64,000 nucleotides of DNA, taken from contig JACPGH010000002.1 in NCBI GenBank assembly GCA_016182485.1, forward strand, positions 26,608 through 90,607, written 5' to 3'. Positions within the stretch are counted from its first letter, which is position 1, and each line of letters starts with the position of its first letter. Of the stretch, positions 54,457 through 63,849 are shown one piece after another. A model generated the notes under the pieces. That model ran no database searches. It was not told the origin of the DNA and saw only the letters and a list, made by a program, of their open reading frames with translations. Origin of the DNA: Candidatus Kaiserbacteria bacterium (lineage in GTDB: Bacteria; Patescibacteriota; Minisyncoccia; Phycocordibacterales; Phycocordibacteraceae). Position numbers and translations under genes: made by a program.

Positions 54457-54816
54457 ATGGATCAAATACCGACTACTCAGCCCGTTCCTACGCAAATGCC
54501 GACGGCCTCGCCGCAAATGCCGGAAGTAAAAAGTTGCTGTTCAAGCTCGAACAATGCGTGGCTGTGGCTTGGTGCTGCTCTGGTGCTCGTTTTAGCCGCA
54601 GGAGGCGGCATCTGGCTCTGGCAGAGCGCGCAGGTTGCTCCCGCTGTCCCGGAATCCATTGTTCCTGTCACGACGACATCTGCGACTTCGCCAACGGCCG
54701 CCGTGCCGGCAGACACCACTGGTTCGATTACCCAGGATTTGGTGAATATCGACGCGGAGACTAGAAGCTTCGATCAGGACCTCGACGCCATCGAAACGGA
54801 GCTGAACAATTTGTAG
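54457..54816 (+). CDS. Hypothetical single-TM protein
   Basis: Pro-rich N-terminus, TM, Thr/Pro linker and acidic tail. Confidence 0.7.
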   Translation: MDQIPTTQPVPTQMPTASPQMPEVKSCCSSSNNAWLWLGAALVLVLAAGGGIWLWQSAQVAPAVPESIVPVTTTSATSPTAAVPADTTGSITQDLVNIDAETRSFDQDLDAIETELNNL

Positions 54817-54844
54817 CGTGCCGTTTTCTGCTAGACTGACCGGG

Positions 54845-55927
54845 ATGAAGAAAGCCATCCCGCTTCTTGTCGCATTGGCTCTCACTGCGCCGCTCTCAGG
54901 CCTCGCGCAGGTACAGGAGATGAGCTATATCGAGCGCGCCAAGGTCATCCAGGTGCTCTCGGAATCGATCCGGCCTATCGCCGGGACGGATGCCTCCGCC
55001 GAATACCAGACGCTCACGGCCGAGGTATTGGAAGGCTCGAAAAAGGGCGAGATAGTTACGGTTGAGAATGACTATCTGAATCTCGCGCCGGGCGACCAAT
55101 TCTACGCGCTTCGTACCGTGGTCGACGGAGCGGATTCGTATACCGTGCAGGAGCCGTATCGTCTGCCGACGCTCCAAATATTGGGCGTACTTTTCCTGCT
55201 CACGGTGGTAGTGTTTGGCGGGAAGCAGGGCATCCGGGGCCTGCTCTCGCTCGCCGCCAGCCTCATCGTCATCATTTTCGTATTGATCCCCGGCGTGCTT
55301 GCCGGCTATTCACCCATACTCCTTTCCGTCGCGGTCTCGTCTTTCATAGTCATCATCGGCTCCTATGTTACGCACGGATTCAATCGCACTACGAGCGCGG
55401 CGGTAGTGGGGATGATCGCCACTATCCTCATCACCGGCGCGCTCGCGTACTGGTCGGTGCACTCGGCTCTGCTTTCGGGCTACTCCTCTGACGAAGTTAC
55501 GTACCTGTTTTTCAATACGGGAGGGTCCATAGACCTAGTCGGCCTGCTCCTCGGCGGCATACTTATCGGTCTCCTAGGCATACTCTATGACGCCGCCATC
55601 GGCCAAGCCATTGCCATCGAAGAGCTGAAGCGCGCGGCGGCGCATTATTCTTCCCTCGATCTCTACCGCCGCGGGCTCCGCATCGGCAGAGAGCACATCG
55701 GCGCGCTCGTGAATACTCTCGCGATCGCGTATGTCGGCGCGTCGCTCCCGCTCCTGCTCCTCTTGCGCTTCAGCAACATGTCGCTCTCCTCGACGCTCAA
55801 TCGGGAAATATTCGCCTCCGAGATAGTGCGTACCGCGGTGGGGAGCATCGGGCTCATCCTCGCCGTGCCGGTTACAACGCTCATTTCAGTATGGATGCTT
55901 AGAAGTCGTCCGAACTCCGAAACATGA
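54845..55927 (+). CDS. YibE/F family membrane protein
   Basis: 'GGKQGIRGLLSL', 'LG.LYD' and 'IGREHIGALVNTLAIAYVGASLP'. Confidence 0.9.
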   Translation: MKKAIPLLVALALTAPLSGLAQVQEMSYIERAKVIQVLSESIRPIAGTDASAEYQTLTAEVLEGSKKGEIVTVENDYLNLAPGDQFYALRTVVDGADSYTVQEPYRLPTLQILGVLFLLTVVVFGGKQGIRGLLSLAASLIVIIFVLIPGVLAGYSPILLSVAVSSFIVIIGSYVTHGFNRTTSAAVVGMIATILITGALAYWSVHSALLSGYSSDEVTYLFFNTGGSIDLVGLLLGGILIGLLGILYDAAIGQAIAIEELKRAAAHYSSLDLYRRGLRIGREHIGALVNTLAIAYVGASLPLLLLLRFSNMSLSSTLNREIFASEIVRTAVGSIGLILAVPVTTLISVWMLRSRPNSET

Positions 55928-56892
55928 ATGATTATTCTTTCTCTTCGAGGGATCCCGCATTGGCCAGGCAGTTGGTATTGGATGAGCTATTCGACTTAAC
56001 GCTCTATCGGCGCCTGCGCGCGTCTGCCGCGGGGGATACGGCTACGATGCTCGATCGCCTGATACCGGTGGAAGAAGGGCATTACGCGTTTTGGCGCGAG
56101 TTTTTCGGACTTCCGGAGCGGCCGCTAGATCTGCGGCGGCGCGTGAAGCTCGCCGTACTGCTTCTTTTCGCGCGCGTGTTCGGGGAAGCGGGGATACATC
56201 TCGTGCTCGAATCAATCGAGATCTACGGCGTGCGCAAATATCTACGCCTGTGGCATCTCTACGGCGATATTCCGCTCGGCCACGCGGTACGGAACGTACT
56301 TACCGACGAGTTCCGGCACGAGGACGAAATCGTATCCGAGACCGCTCGCCGGAGGATGCATCCTGAACGAGTGCGGGACATGTTTCTGGGCTTCAACGAC
56401 GGCCTGGTCGAGATATTAGGCGCGGTTGCGGGCTTTTTCGCGGCGTTTGAGCTAGCCACTTCCGTGCTCGTTGCCGGACTGACCGTTGCAGTGGCGGGCT
56501 CCATTTCCATGGCGGCGGGCGCGTTCGCCGCGCTCTCATCGCAGCAGGAGGTTAGCGAGCTCGAAGAGCAGAAAAAGGAATTTCTGAGCGGGAAGAAACA
56601 AGAGGGCGAGGCGGCGGGAAGCCCCGTTTCTTCGGCGGTGGTGGTCGGCATCTCGTATTTCGTGGGAGCCATGGTGCCGGTATTGCCCGTTCTTTTTGGC
56701 GCCACGACGGCGTTCGCGTCCATTACGGCAGGCGTGTTAGTCGCGATGCTCGTGTCGTATGTCATTGCCATTCTCTCCGGCATGCGCCTCGGCAAGCGTA
56801 TCGCGGTAAATCTGACCATCATTGCCATCGCCGTTTCAGTAACCTACGCGATCGGCATCGCGGCGAAAGAGATCTTAGGAATTACCTTATAA
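55924..56892 (+). CDS. Ferritin/rubrerythrin-like domain + VIT1/CCC1 transporter
   Basis: EEGH and EFRHE ExxH motifs, then LGFNDGLVE and SMAAG. Confidence 0.85.
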   Translation: MNDYSFSSRDPALARQLVLDELFDLTLYRRLRASAAGDTATMLDRLIPVEEGHYAFWREFFGLPERPLDLRRRVKLAVLLLFARVFGEAGIHLVLESIEIYGVRKYLRLWHLYGDIPLGHAVRNVLTDEFRHEDEIVSETARRRMHPERVRDMFLGFNDGLVEILGAVAGFFAAFELATSVLVAGLTVAVAGSISMAAGAFAALSSQQEVSELEEQKKEFLSGKKQEGEAAGSPVSSAVVVGISYFVGAMVPVLPVLFGATTAFASITAGVLVAMLVSYVIAILSGMRLGKRIAVNLTIIAIAVSVTYAIGIAAKEILGITL

Positions 56893-56911
56893 GCAAGAGG
56901 AACTCGGAAGG

Positions 56912-58072
56912 CTACTCCCGCGTGATGCGATAGATGGCTCCCGCGTGATCGTCTGATACGTATACAATGCCACCCGGCTCGGCGAGAATGCCGGCCGGAC
57001 GGCCAATCGCCTCGCCTTCTTTAAGGAAGCCGGTTATGAAATCAGTCGTGCTCGTGTGCTGGCCATCAGGGGTAAGCTTCATCCGCACGACCTTATATCC
57101 GGTCGGTACGCTGCGATTCCAGGAACCGTGGTATGCGACGAGCAGGTCGCCTTGAAATTCGGCAGGCCAACCTTCTGCAGGAATGAATGCCAGGCCGAGC
57201 GGCGCCGAGTGCGCGGGAATGTCTATATGGCTCGGCACCGATTCTTGTGCGAAGCTGGGACGGGCATTGGGATTGAAGGCGAAGTCCTCGACGTTCTGGC
57301 CATAGAACCAGGGCCAGCCGTACCACGCCCTCTCGCGCAGGATATTTATCTCGTCGGGCGGAAGGTCGTCGCCCAAGAAGTCCCGGCCCATATCCGTGCC
57401 CCAGACTTCTCCGCGGCGGGCGGCCATGAATACCGTATTGCGCAGGCCGGTGGCGAAGGGGCGCACAGCGCCGCTTTCAAGATCGATCGCGAGTATAGCG
57501 GCCCGCCGCGGATCTCGCTCGTTGCAGACATTGCAGGAGGAGCCGATGGCGACCAGCAGGTCCTTGCCATTCGGGTGGGCGAGAAGCGAGCGCGTGGTGT
57601 GCCCGCGGCCGAAGGGGAGCGCGGCGAGCGTCCGTACGTAGGTCGCCTGGCGCGTCTCTGGATCATACGCGTATTCGCGCACGGCATGTTCCTCGGCGAT
57701 ATAGAAAGCGCAGTCAGGCGCACAGCGGAAGGCGAGGCCGTGCGGTTTGCGTAAGCCGCTTATTATCTGGACTACGGTATCGGCTACCCCGTTTGCATCA
57801 GCGTCAGGCAGAGCAACTACCGAACCATTATCGGTGAGCGAGGCGAGGAGCACGCCTCGCGGATCGCGGAGGAGCACACGCGCGCCGGGAACATCATTGG
57901 TGTAGAGCCGCGCGACGAATCCCTCCTCAAGTGAGAAGGGTAGCGGTTCCCCCTCCGGCAGTTGCGGCGCCGGACGTATAAAGGGCAGTATGCCCTTAAC
58001 GGCACCCCAGGTACTCCAAAGCCCTAGTCCTATCACAAGTAGGAAAAGCAACCCCCAGCCTGCGTATCTCAT
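56912..58072 (-). CDS. PQQ-dependent sugar/sorbosone dehydrogenase family protein
   Basis: GSSCNVC, GLRN, DMGRD.LGDDLPPDE, YGWP, HSAPLG and HGSWNR motifs. Confidence 0.88.
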   Translation of the reverse strand: MRYAGWGLLFLLVIGLGLWSTWGAVKGILPFIRPAPQLPEGEPLPFSLEEGFVARLYTNDVPGARVLLRDPRGVLLASLTDNGSVVALPDADANGVADTVVQIISGLRKPHGLAFRCAPDCAFYIAEEHAVREYAYDPETRQATYVRTLAALPFGRGHTTRSLLAHPNGKDLLVAIGSSCNVCNERDPRRAAILAIDLESGAVRPFATGLRNTVFMAARRGEVWGTDMGRDFLGDDLPPDEINILRERAWYGWPWFYGQNVEDFAFNPNARPSFAQESVPSHIDIPAHSAPLGLAFIPAEGWPAEFQGDLLVAYHGSWNRSVPTGYKVVRMKLTPDGQHTSTTDFITGFLKEGEAIGRPAGILAEPGGIVYVSDDHAGAIYRITRE

Positions 58073-58177
58073 CGCGGGAGTATGCAGAACCTGGTTATTA
58101 GAAATGATGAATCTCAAGCTCGCCCGTGTTGAAAGTAACTGAAGTTGTCGATATTTTTTGTACACTGAATGGAGGTC

Positions 58178-58525
58178 ATGGATAATTTCCAGAAAGGTTT
58201 CGCCTCGGTGCTCGTTCTCGCGCTGGTCATCGTGCTTGCCGGCGGCGCTCTCTACTACGGGCAGCGCGCATCGAATCAACAGTTTCAAACACGAGGAGAA
58301 AGAAGCGGAGATGCCCCCGCGGAGTGCGAATCTAAAGAAGCGCTGGAGAGGAGTCTAGTGCAGGCCCAAAAAAGTGGCGGGATTACGCCGGACTCGCATG
58401 CATACCTAACCCGCTGCTTGGAGGAACTCGAACAACAGGGAATTAATGTTGGCGATCTAAAAAGTGGTCTCTCGAAACTTGTGGTCGGTGGCAGCCGGCC
58501 GGGGAATCTACCACGGAGCAGATAG
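58178..58525 (+). CDS. Hypothetical protein with a prepilin-like N-terminus
   Basis: QKG|FASVLVLALVIVLAGG class III signal-like sequence (no Glu5). Confidence 0.6.
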   Translation: MDNFQKGFASVLVLALVIVLAGGALYYGQRASNQQFQTRGERSGDAPAECESKEALERSLVQAQKSGGITPDSHAYLTRCLEELEQQGINVGDLKSGLSKLVVGGSRPGNLPRSR

Positions 58526-59073
58526 TCCCTCCGTTATTCGTTAAAAAAGGGCAGGTGATAGTCACGGGTCTTCAAGAGAAAGTGAATCCCGAACGTCCCG
58601 GATTCGACTGGGGGATCATGGATTTTCGGCATGAGAATGACGCGTCGAAAGATCCTCAATTCCGCGAACTCTACGGCTATGCTTCATGGAATACGTACCA
58701 TGGCGTCTGCTGGTTCGATCTCTTGCCGGCCGAAGAGGAAGCATTGGTTAGAAGTTTCCCCGGAGTAGACGGCAAAGAAGGGAAGAACAGCGAATACTGC
58801 GACTAGAACCGGACGGTTTCAATGATCTGATCAGCCAGCGGATCGAAATCGAAAGTTTGTCGTTCCCGTTCGCATTTTGATCTATCGGGTTCCTCATAGT
58901 TCGCGCATTCCGGGTACCGGAGCACTGCACGGAGCGAGTCTTGTGGATGTCGGACATCCACAGGACCTAAATCGAAGGCGGGGAAGATGTTCGAACTTAT
59001 TTGAAAAGAAATGAGAACCGCCCGAGAGGCGAGCGGCCTCTCGGGCGGTGTTGAGCGGAATGCAGAGTGGGGT

Positions 59074-59355
59074 CTACGGAGGCGTAATATCGATACTGGT
59101 GAGCCAGTCATGATCTCCAGGATTCATACCAGAGAGCGGTCGAGGGAAGATTACTTCTCGTTGTTCGTCGCCTCGCTCGATGATGAGCTTCCACCCGTCA
59201 TGCTGCGTTTCGACGAACCACTGCAATAGGCCGAGAGCTTGCTTTACGACCTCGACATCAGCGCCGAGCCGCAAAGCTTTTCGCATGTTGCGTAGCTCTA
59301 GTGCTGATTCTGGAGAGAAGTCGAATTGAAGCCTGAGTCTGAGTTTGTCATTCAC
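59074..59355 (-). CDS. CopG/ribbon-helix-helix-like small protein
   Basis: 'RLQFDFSPE...EVVKQALGLLQW...GWKLIIE'; SD AGGAGG; promoter TTGACG-17-TAGTCT (59425-59397); hairpin at 59017-59049. Confidence 0.65.
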   Translation of the reverse strand: MNDKLRLRLQFDFSPESALELRNMRKALRLGADVEVVKQALGLLQWFVETQHDGWKLIIERGDEQREVIFPRPLSGMNPGDHDWLTSIDITPP

Positions 59356-59691
59356 ACCTGCATCCTCCTGTCTATGTAGATCAACATCCTGCCGGCAGAC
59401 TAGCTCTTGGGAAGAGAAGCGTCAAATTGCACCCGTGAATTCTAGTTTGAAATGCAACACGCCTTGTTGAATATCGCGCAGGAGCGCATCCTCCAATACG
59501 CTTGCGGGGCGTATGGTTCATGAGCTCAGTCGCTTATCACAAATTATCGACGACCGTCATATATTTGTGATAAGCGGCTGGAGCAAGGCTATGCGCGATA
59601 CTCAAACTTGTTTTGCATTGACAATGACATCCGCCCGAGAGTGTCGCGCCCGGCGCAAATGCGCTCCGAAAGTTGAGCAAGTTATGCCGAG

Positions 59692-60204
59692 TCACATTTT
59701 CCGGCTGTCGTAGGCCCAGTGCAGAACCGCCTGTCTTTGGGTGGGACGGCAGGTCAGGTCTTTCGGCCTGCAGTTCTTTTTGATTTGCGATATATGCCGA
59801 CGGATGGCTTTCCACCTCTGTATCTGCCGCTCGTCTTCGCCGGGCAGTCGTCTCCCCATATAGTAGCGGCAATACCATTGGAACCAGCCGCGTGGATCAT
59901 GCGCTTCATTGATCCATCCTTTTTTCCGCCACACCGAAAGCGGCTGGCTGGCGCGCTTATGAAAAAAGTTTAACGCGTCGTCGTGATGCGCGGGCGAGAG
60001 CTTGGCGCGCACATACCAGCTTTTGGGAAACTCTTTCCGGCAGTCGGTCATGTACTTGCCGCCAAAGACGCCGAGAGCGAGCATTTCCTTCGGCGTAAGT
60101 TCCGGCTTGAAATTCGGATGAAAATTCCGTCCCGCCGGTTCGATCAATTCGTACCGATATCCCTTTTGCATCTTATCGCTGACCTTTACGGTTCTTTTTT
60201 TCAT
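59692..60204 (-). CDS. Conserved hypothetical protein
   Basis: 'PELTPKEMLALGVFGGKY...DPRGWFQWYCRYYMGRR...DERQIQRW...RQAVLHWAYD' looks like a widespread conserved family of unknown function. Confidence 0.8.
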   Translation of the reverse strand: MKKRTVKVSDKMQKGYRYELIEPAGRNFHPNFKPELTPKEMLALGVFGGKYMTDCRKEFPKSWYVRAKLSPAHHDDALNFFHKRASQPLSVWRKKGWINEAHDPRGWFQWYCRYYMGRRLPGEDERQIQRWKAIRRHISQIKKNCRPKDLTCRPTQRQAVLHWAYDSRKM

Positions 60205-60212
60205 GGCGGGCT

Positions 60213-61703
60213 TTAAGACTCATTCTCGATCAAATTGGCGGCGATGCGCCCTGACTCGTAAATGGTCGGCAAACCGCTGCCCGGATGAGTGCCGCCCCCG
60301 ACCAGATACATGTTCCGCATTTCTTCAAACCGATTGTGCGGACGGAACCAGAGCATCTGCCGCAGTTGGTGGCCAAGATTGAAGACGGCTCCGTGCGCCA
60401 CGTTAAAGTCCCTTTCCCAGTCGGCCGGAGTAATTATCTTCTCGGTCTCGATATTCTCCCGGATATCATGGAGGCCCAGGCGGCTTATCATCAAGTCCAG
60501 CGTTTGTTCGCGCAGAACCGGCGCCGCCTTCTGCCAGTCAATTTCAGACAGGTTGTTGGGTACCGGCACAAGGACATACAGGGCCGACTTGCCCTCCGGC
60601 GCCAGCGTAGGATCAACCCGGCTGGCGTCGCGGACATAGAAAGAGAAGTCCTTGTCCGTAAGACGGCCTTCGAAAACATCGCTGACATTCGCTTCGTAGT
60701 CCTTGGCGAAGACGATATTGTGATGCTCCAATCCGTATCGTTTGCCGACTCCCAGATACATCATGAATATGGAACAGGAATATTTTTTCTTGAGCAGTTT
60801 ATTCGGCGCGTATTTTTTGAGCGAACCTTCGGGCATGAGTTCCTTCATGGCATACGAGAAATCCGCGTTCAAAATAACCCTGTCCGCGGGGACCATCCGG
60901 CCGTCATCGAGCTCGACGCCCGTCGCCGCGCCTTTTTCAGACAGCACTCTCTTTACTGCCGAGTCGTAATGGATCTTGCCGCCCTCTTCCTCGACCACCT
61001 TGGCCATGGCCTCCGCAAGCGAAGAAAGTCCGCCGGCGACGTGCTCCACTCCGAACTGCTGTTCGACATACGGCACCATGGCAAAGGCCCCGGGGCATTT
61101 CCAGGGCGACATGCCCAGATACTTCGACTGGAAGGTAAAGCAGAGCCGCGCTTTCTTTTGTTTGAAATAATGTCCCAGCACTTGGTAAAGAGTCCGGCCG
61201 ACTGCAAACGCGGGCAAGGCCCGGATAAAATTGGGACGAAAGGCATCGAAGATGTTGTTGTTGTGATGGGATAAGATCGGATACAGCTTGGCCAGGCGGT
61301 TTCTTTCCTTACTATTGAACTTGAGCAATCCTTTCTCTTCTCCCGGGAAAGCCCGTGCCAATTCCGCAAGCATCTTATCGTCTTCCTCGTATACGTTCAT
61401 CTCCCTGTCATCGAAGTAGAGACGATACATGGGCGAAAGCCGGGTCAGTAGAACATAATCCTCCAGCTTGCGGCCGGTCGCCTTGAAGATATCCCGCAGT
61501 ACGAAGTCCATCATGAAAAAGGTCGGACCGACGTCAAACTTGTATTCCCCCAGGCGGATGTATCCGTTACGCCCTCCGGGAAGGGGATTCTTCTCGAATA
61601 TCTCCACCTCGAAACCCTTATGCGCCAAAAGCATGCCTGCCGCCAATCCTCCCGGCCCCGCTCCGACTATCACTATTTTCTTTTTGTTATTTTCCGCCCC
61701 CAT
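60213..61703 (-). CDS. Phytoene/diapophytoene desaturase (CrtI/CrtN family)
   Basis: GAGPGGL, FDVGPT, YVLVPVPN and YLVGGGTHPGSGLP; start at ATG 61703. Confidence 0.88.
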   Translation of the reverse strand: MGAENNKKKIVIVGAGPGGLAAGMLLAHKGFEVEIFEKNPLPGGRNGYIRLGEYKFDVGPTFFMMDFVLRDIFKATGRKLEDYVLLTRLSPMYRLYFDDREMNVYEEDDKMLAELARAFPGEEKGLLKFNSKERNRLAKLYPILSHHNNNIFDAFRPNFIRALPAFAVGRTLYQVLGHYFKQKKARLCFTFQSKYLGMSPWKCPGAFAMVPYVEQQFGVEHVAGGLSSLAEAMAKVVEEEGGKIHYDSAVKRVLSEKGAATGVELDDGRMVPADRVILNADFSYAMKELMPEGSLKKYAPNKLLKKKYSCSIFMMYLGVGKRYGLEHHNIVFAKDYEANVSDVFEGRLTDKDFSFYVRDASRVDPTLAPEGKSALYVLVPVPNNLSEIDWQKAAPVLREQTLDLMISRLGLHDIRENIETEKIITPADWERDFNVAHGAVFNLGHQLRQMLWFRPHNRFEEMRNMYLVGGGTHPGSGLPTIYESGRIAANLIENES

Positions 61704-63138
61704 ATTTCGCCACGATCTTATCTCCCACTTGCTGTCCTGACAGCACCGCCATGGGCATGCCGCCTCCCGGATTGACGCTTCCGCCGACAAAGTAGAGGTT
61801 CTCGTACATTTCACTCTGCTTCGGCGCCTTGAAGCCGAGATTCTTGCGCCTGTCCGACACCACGCCGTAAATGGCCCCTCGATTGGAATAGTAGCGCTTC
61901 TCTATATCCTCCGGCGTCCACATATCTTCGGTTATGATGTGCCTCCTCAGATCAGTGAGGCCCATCCGTTCGAGCTTGGAGAGGACTCTTTCGCGTAGAG
62001 CGGCATATTCCTCTGCCGTGAAGCGCTTATCCTGAAGATGCGGAATATGCGGCAGAATTTTGATGTTCTCGCACCCCGGCGGCGCCTGGGTCTTATCGGT
62101 GCGTGCGGGGGCCACTAGATATATAGTCGGGTCTTCTGGCAGGACCTTCTTGTTGAACACGGAATCGAAATGCTCTTTCGGCTCCTTCGAGAAAAAGAAG
62201 TTGTGGTGAGCCAGCTGGGGATATTCGCGGTCGACTCCAAGATGCAAGACCAGGCCGGAACAGGCGGGTTCAAATTTCTTCTCATATCGCTTAAGAAATT
62301 CCGCTGGTTCCTCGGTGAGTTTGCGATAGGCGGGGATTACTTCCATATCGGAGACATACAAGTCGGCGCGGATAATCTCTCCGGAAGCGAGGCGCAAGCC
62401 GGAGATCTTGTCCCCCGATTTCTCCATTTTAATGACCTCGCTGCCAAGGCTTATCTTGACTCCCAAGTCGCGGAGCAGTTTTTGCAGTCCCTTGGCCAAG
62501 TTGTACAGGCCGCCGTCAACGTACCACAGGTCATACTTGAACTGGACGTGAGCCAAAAGGCCTAGGATGGCGGGGGCGTTGTATGCCGATGAGCCGACGT
62601 ACTTTATGAAAAAGTCCATGATCTCGCGGAGATGCGGGTCGGAAATGTACTCGGCGGTTCTCTCGTGCATGGTCGAAAAGACGTCGGCTTCTCGCAAGAG
62701 CGACACTGGTCCGTAGAACTTCACCGTAGGCCAAAGCTTGTCCAAACCCCGGCGGAAGTATCCCCGCTCCGCGAAGTTGTAAAGCCTCTCGGAGTACCGC
62801 AAATATTTATCGAGCTCAGGAGAAACGTTTTCTGGCGACAGGTCCATTACCGTTCCGTCCTCAAAAAAATTACGCCAATGGGGGCGGAGCGGACGGATCG
62901 AAACGTAGTCTTCCAGTTTCTTGCCCGCCCGCTCGAAGAGCGCGCGGAAAATATGGGGCAGAGTCAGTATGGAAGGCCCGAGGTCGAAGGAGAAGCCGTT
63001 CTTTTGGAGCAGATTGAGCTTGCCTCCGACGTGATCGTTCTTTTCATATATCTCAACCTCATACCCGGCCGCCGCCAATGATGCCGCAGCTGAAATCCCC
63101 CCCAACCCCGCCCCGATAATCGCCACTTTTCTTGGCAC
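61687..63138 (-). CDS. CrtI-family desaturase/oxidase (CrtP/CrtNb-like, C30 carotenoid pathway)
   Basis: GAGLGG, GGKLN, FDLGPSILT, NIKILPHIP, SNRGAIYGVV and FVGGSVNPGGGMP motifs. Confidence 0.85.
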   Translation of the reverse strand: MPRKVAIIGAGLGGISAAASLAAAGYEVEIYEKNDHVGGKLNLLQKNGFSFDLGPSILTLPHIFRALFERAGKKLEDYVSIRPLRPHWRNFFEDGTVMDLSPENVSPELDKYLRYSERLYNFAERGYFRRGLDKLWPTVKFYGPVSLLREADVFSTMHERTAEYISDPHLREIMDFFIKYVGSSAYNAPAILGLLAHVQFKYDLWYVDGGLYNLAKGLQKLLRDLGVKISLGSEVIKMEKSGDKISGLRLASGEIIRADLYVSDMEVIPAYRKLTEEPAEFLKRYEKKFEPACSGLVLHLGVDREYPQLAHHNFFFSKEPKEHFDSVFNKKVLPEDPTIYLVAPARTDKTQAPPGCENIKILPHIPHLQDKRFTAEEYAALRERVLSKLERMGLTDLRRHIITEDMWTPEDIEKRYYSNRGAIYGVVSDRRKNLGFKAPKQSEMYENLYFVGGSVNPGGGMPMAVLSGQQVGDKIVAKYGGGK

Positions 63139-63314
63139 AATGGTGCAATTATATCAGCTCAGCGGCCAAGATTATCCCCGGGCGCAACGGGATTGGGGAA
63201 GGGAAGTGAGCTCGTCGAAGCAGCGGGTATCTAATTCAAAGTCCAGATAGTGTAGTTCAAATACGCGGCGTAGCTCACCCAAGGAATGTAGGGCGCCAGG
63301 AGCCACGCGGCCGT

Positions 63315-63849
63315 ACATCCTTATATACTCAAGTATATTGGGATGTTGTTTTTTATTCCGAGGCTTGAAGGACCACACAAGGTAAAGCGCGTGCGGGGCC
63401 GGGCCTACTTCTGGCTGAACCTGAAGAACGCATCGTACGACTCATTGTAGCCGGGCTTGTCGTAGGCGACTTTCCAGCCCGCCGAAAACGATACCTTATA
63501 TTCTCAAGTATTTAAGGATGTTTGCGGAAGGATTGCAGGAATTTAACAAAGCTTTTGCCGTAAGGCGAAAGCGTATGCTCGACGAATTTCCCCCGGTATT
63601 TCTTGTTGACCAATCCTGCCACGGCAAGCCGTCTCGTGTGCTCTCCAAGCGTCTTCTCGTTCGCGCCGATCGCGGAAACGATATTGTCCAACGTCGCTCC
63701 ATCGTTATCCGCGATGTACAGCAAAATTTCAATTCGGTAATGGTTCGACATTCCCTTCAAATGCCGCTCCATCTGTCTCGCTGTTTTCATTTTTGCCATG
63801 CTTACATTATCTCACTATAGCCTTATATACTCAAGTTTTTAAGGATATT
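63315..63849. repeat. Three copies of an imperfect palindrome of about 29 bp, CCTTATATWCTCAAGTWTWTWRGGATRTT
   Basis: Copies at about 63315-63347, 63494-63522 and 63821-63849. Confidence 0.85.
63512..63799 (-). CDS. ArsR-family winged-helix transcriptional regulator
   Basis: 'LKGMSNHYRIEILLYI...TLGEHTRRLAVAGLVNKKYRG...LSPYG'. Confidence 0.8.
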   Translation of the reverse strand: MAKMKTARQMERHLKGMSNHYRIEILLYIADNDGATLDNIVSAIGANEKTLGEHTRRLAVAGLVNKKYRGKFVEHTLSPYGKSFVKFLQSFRKHP

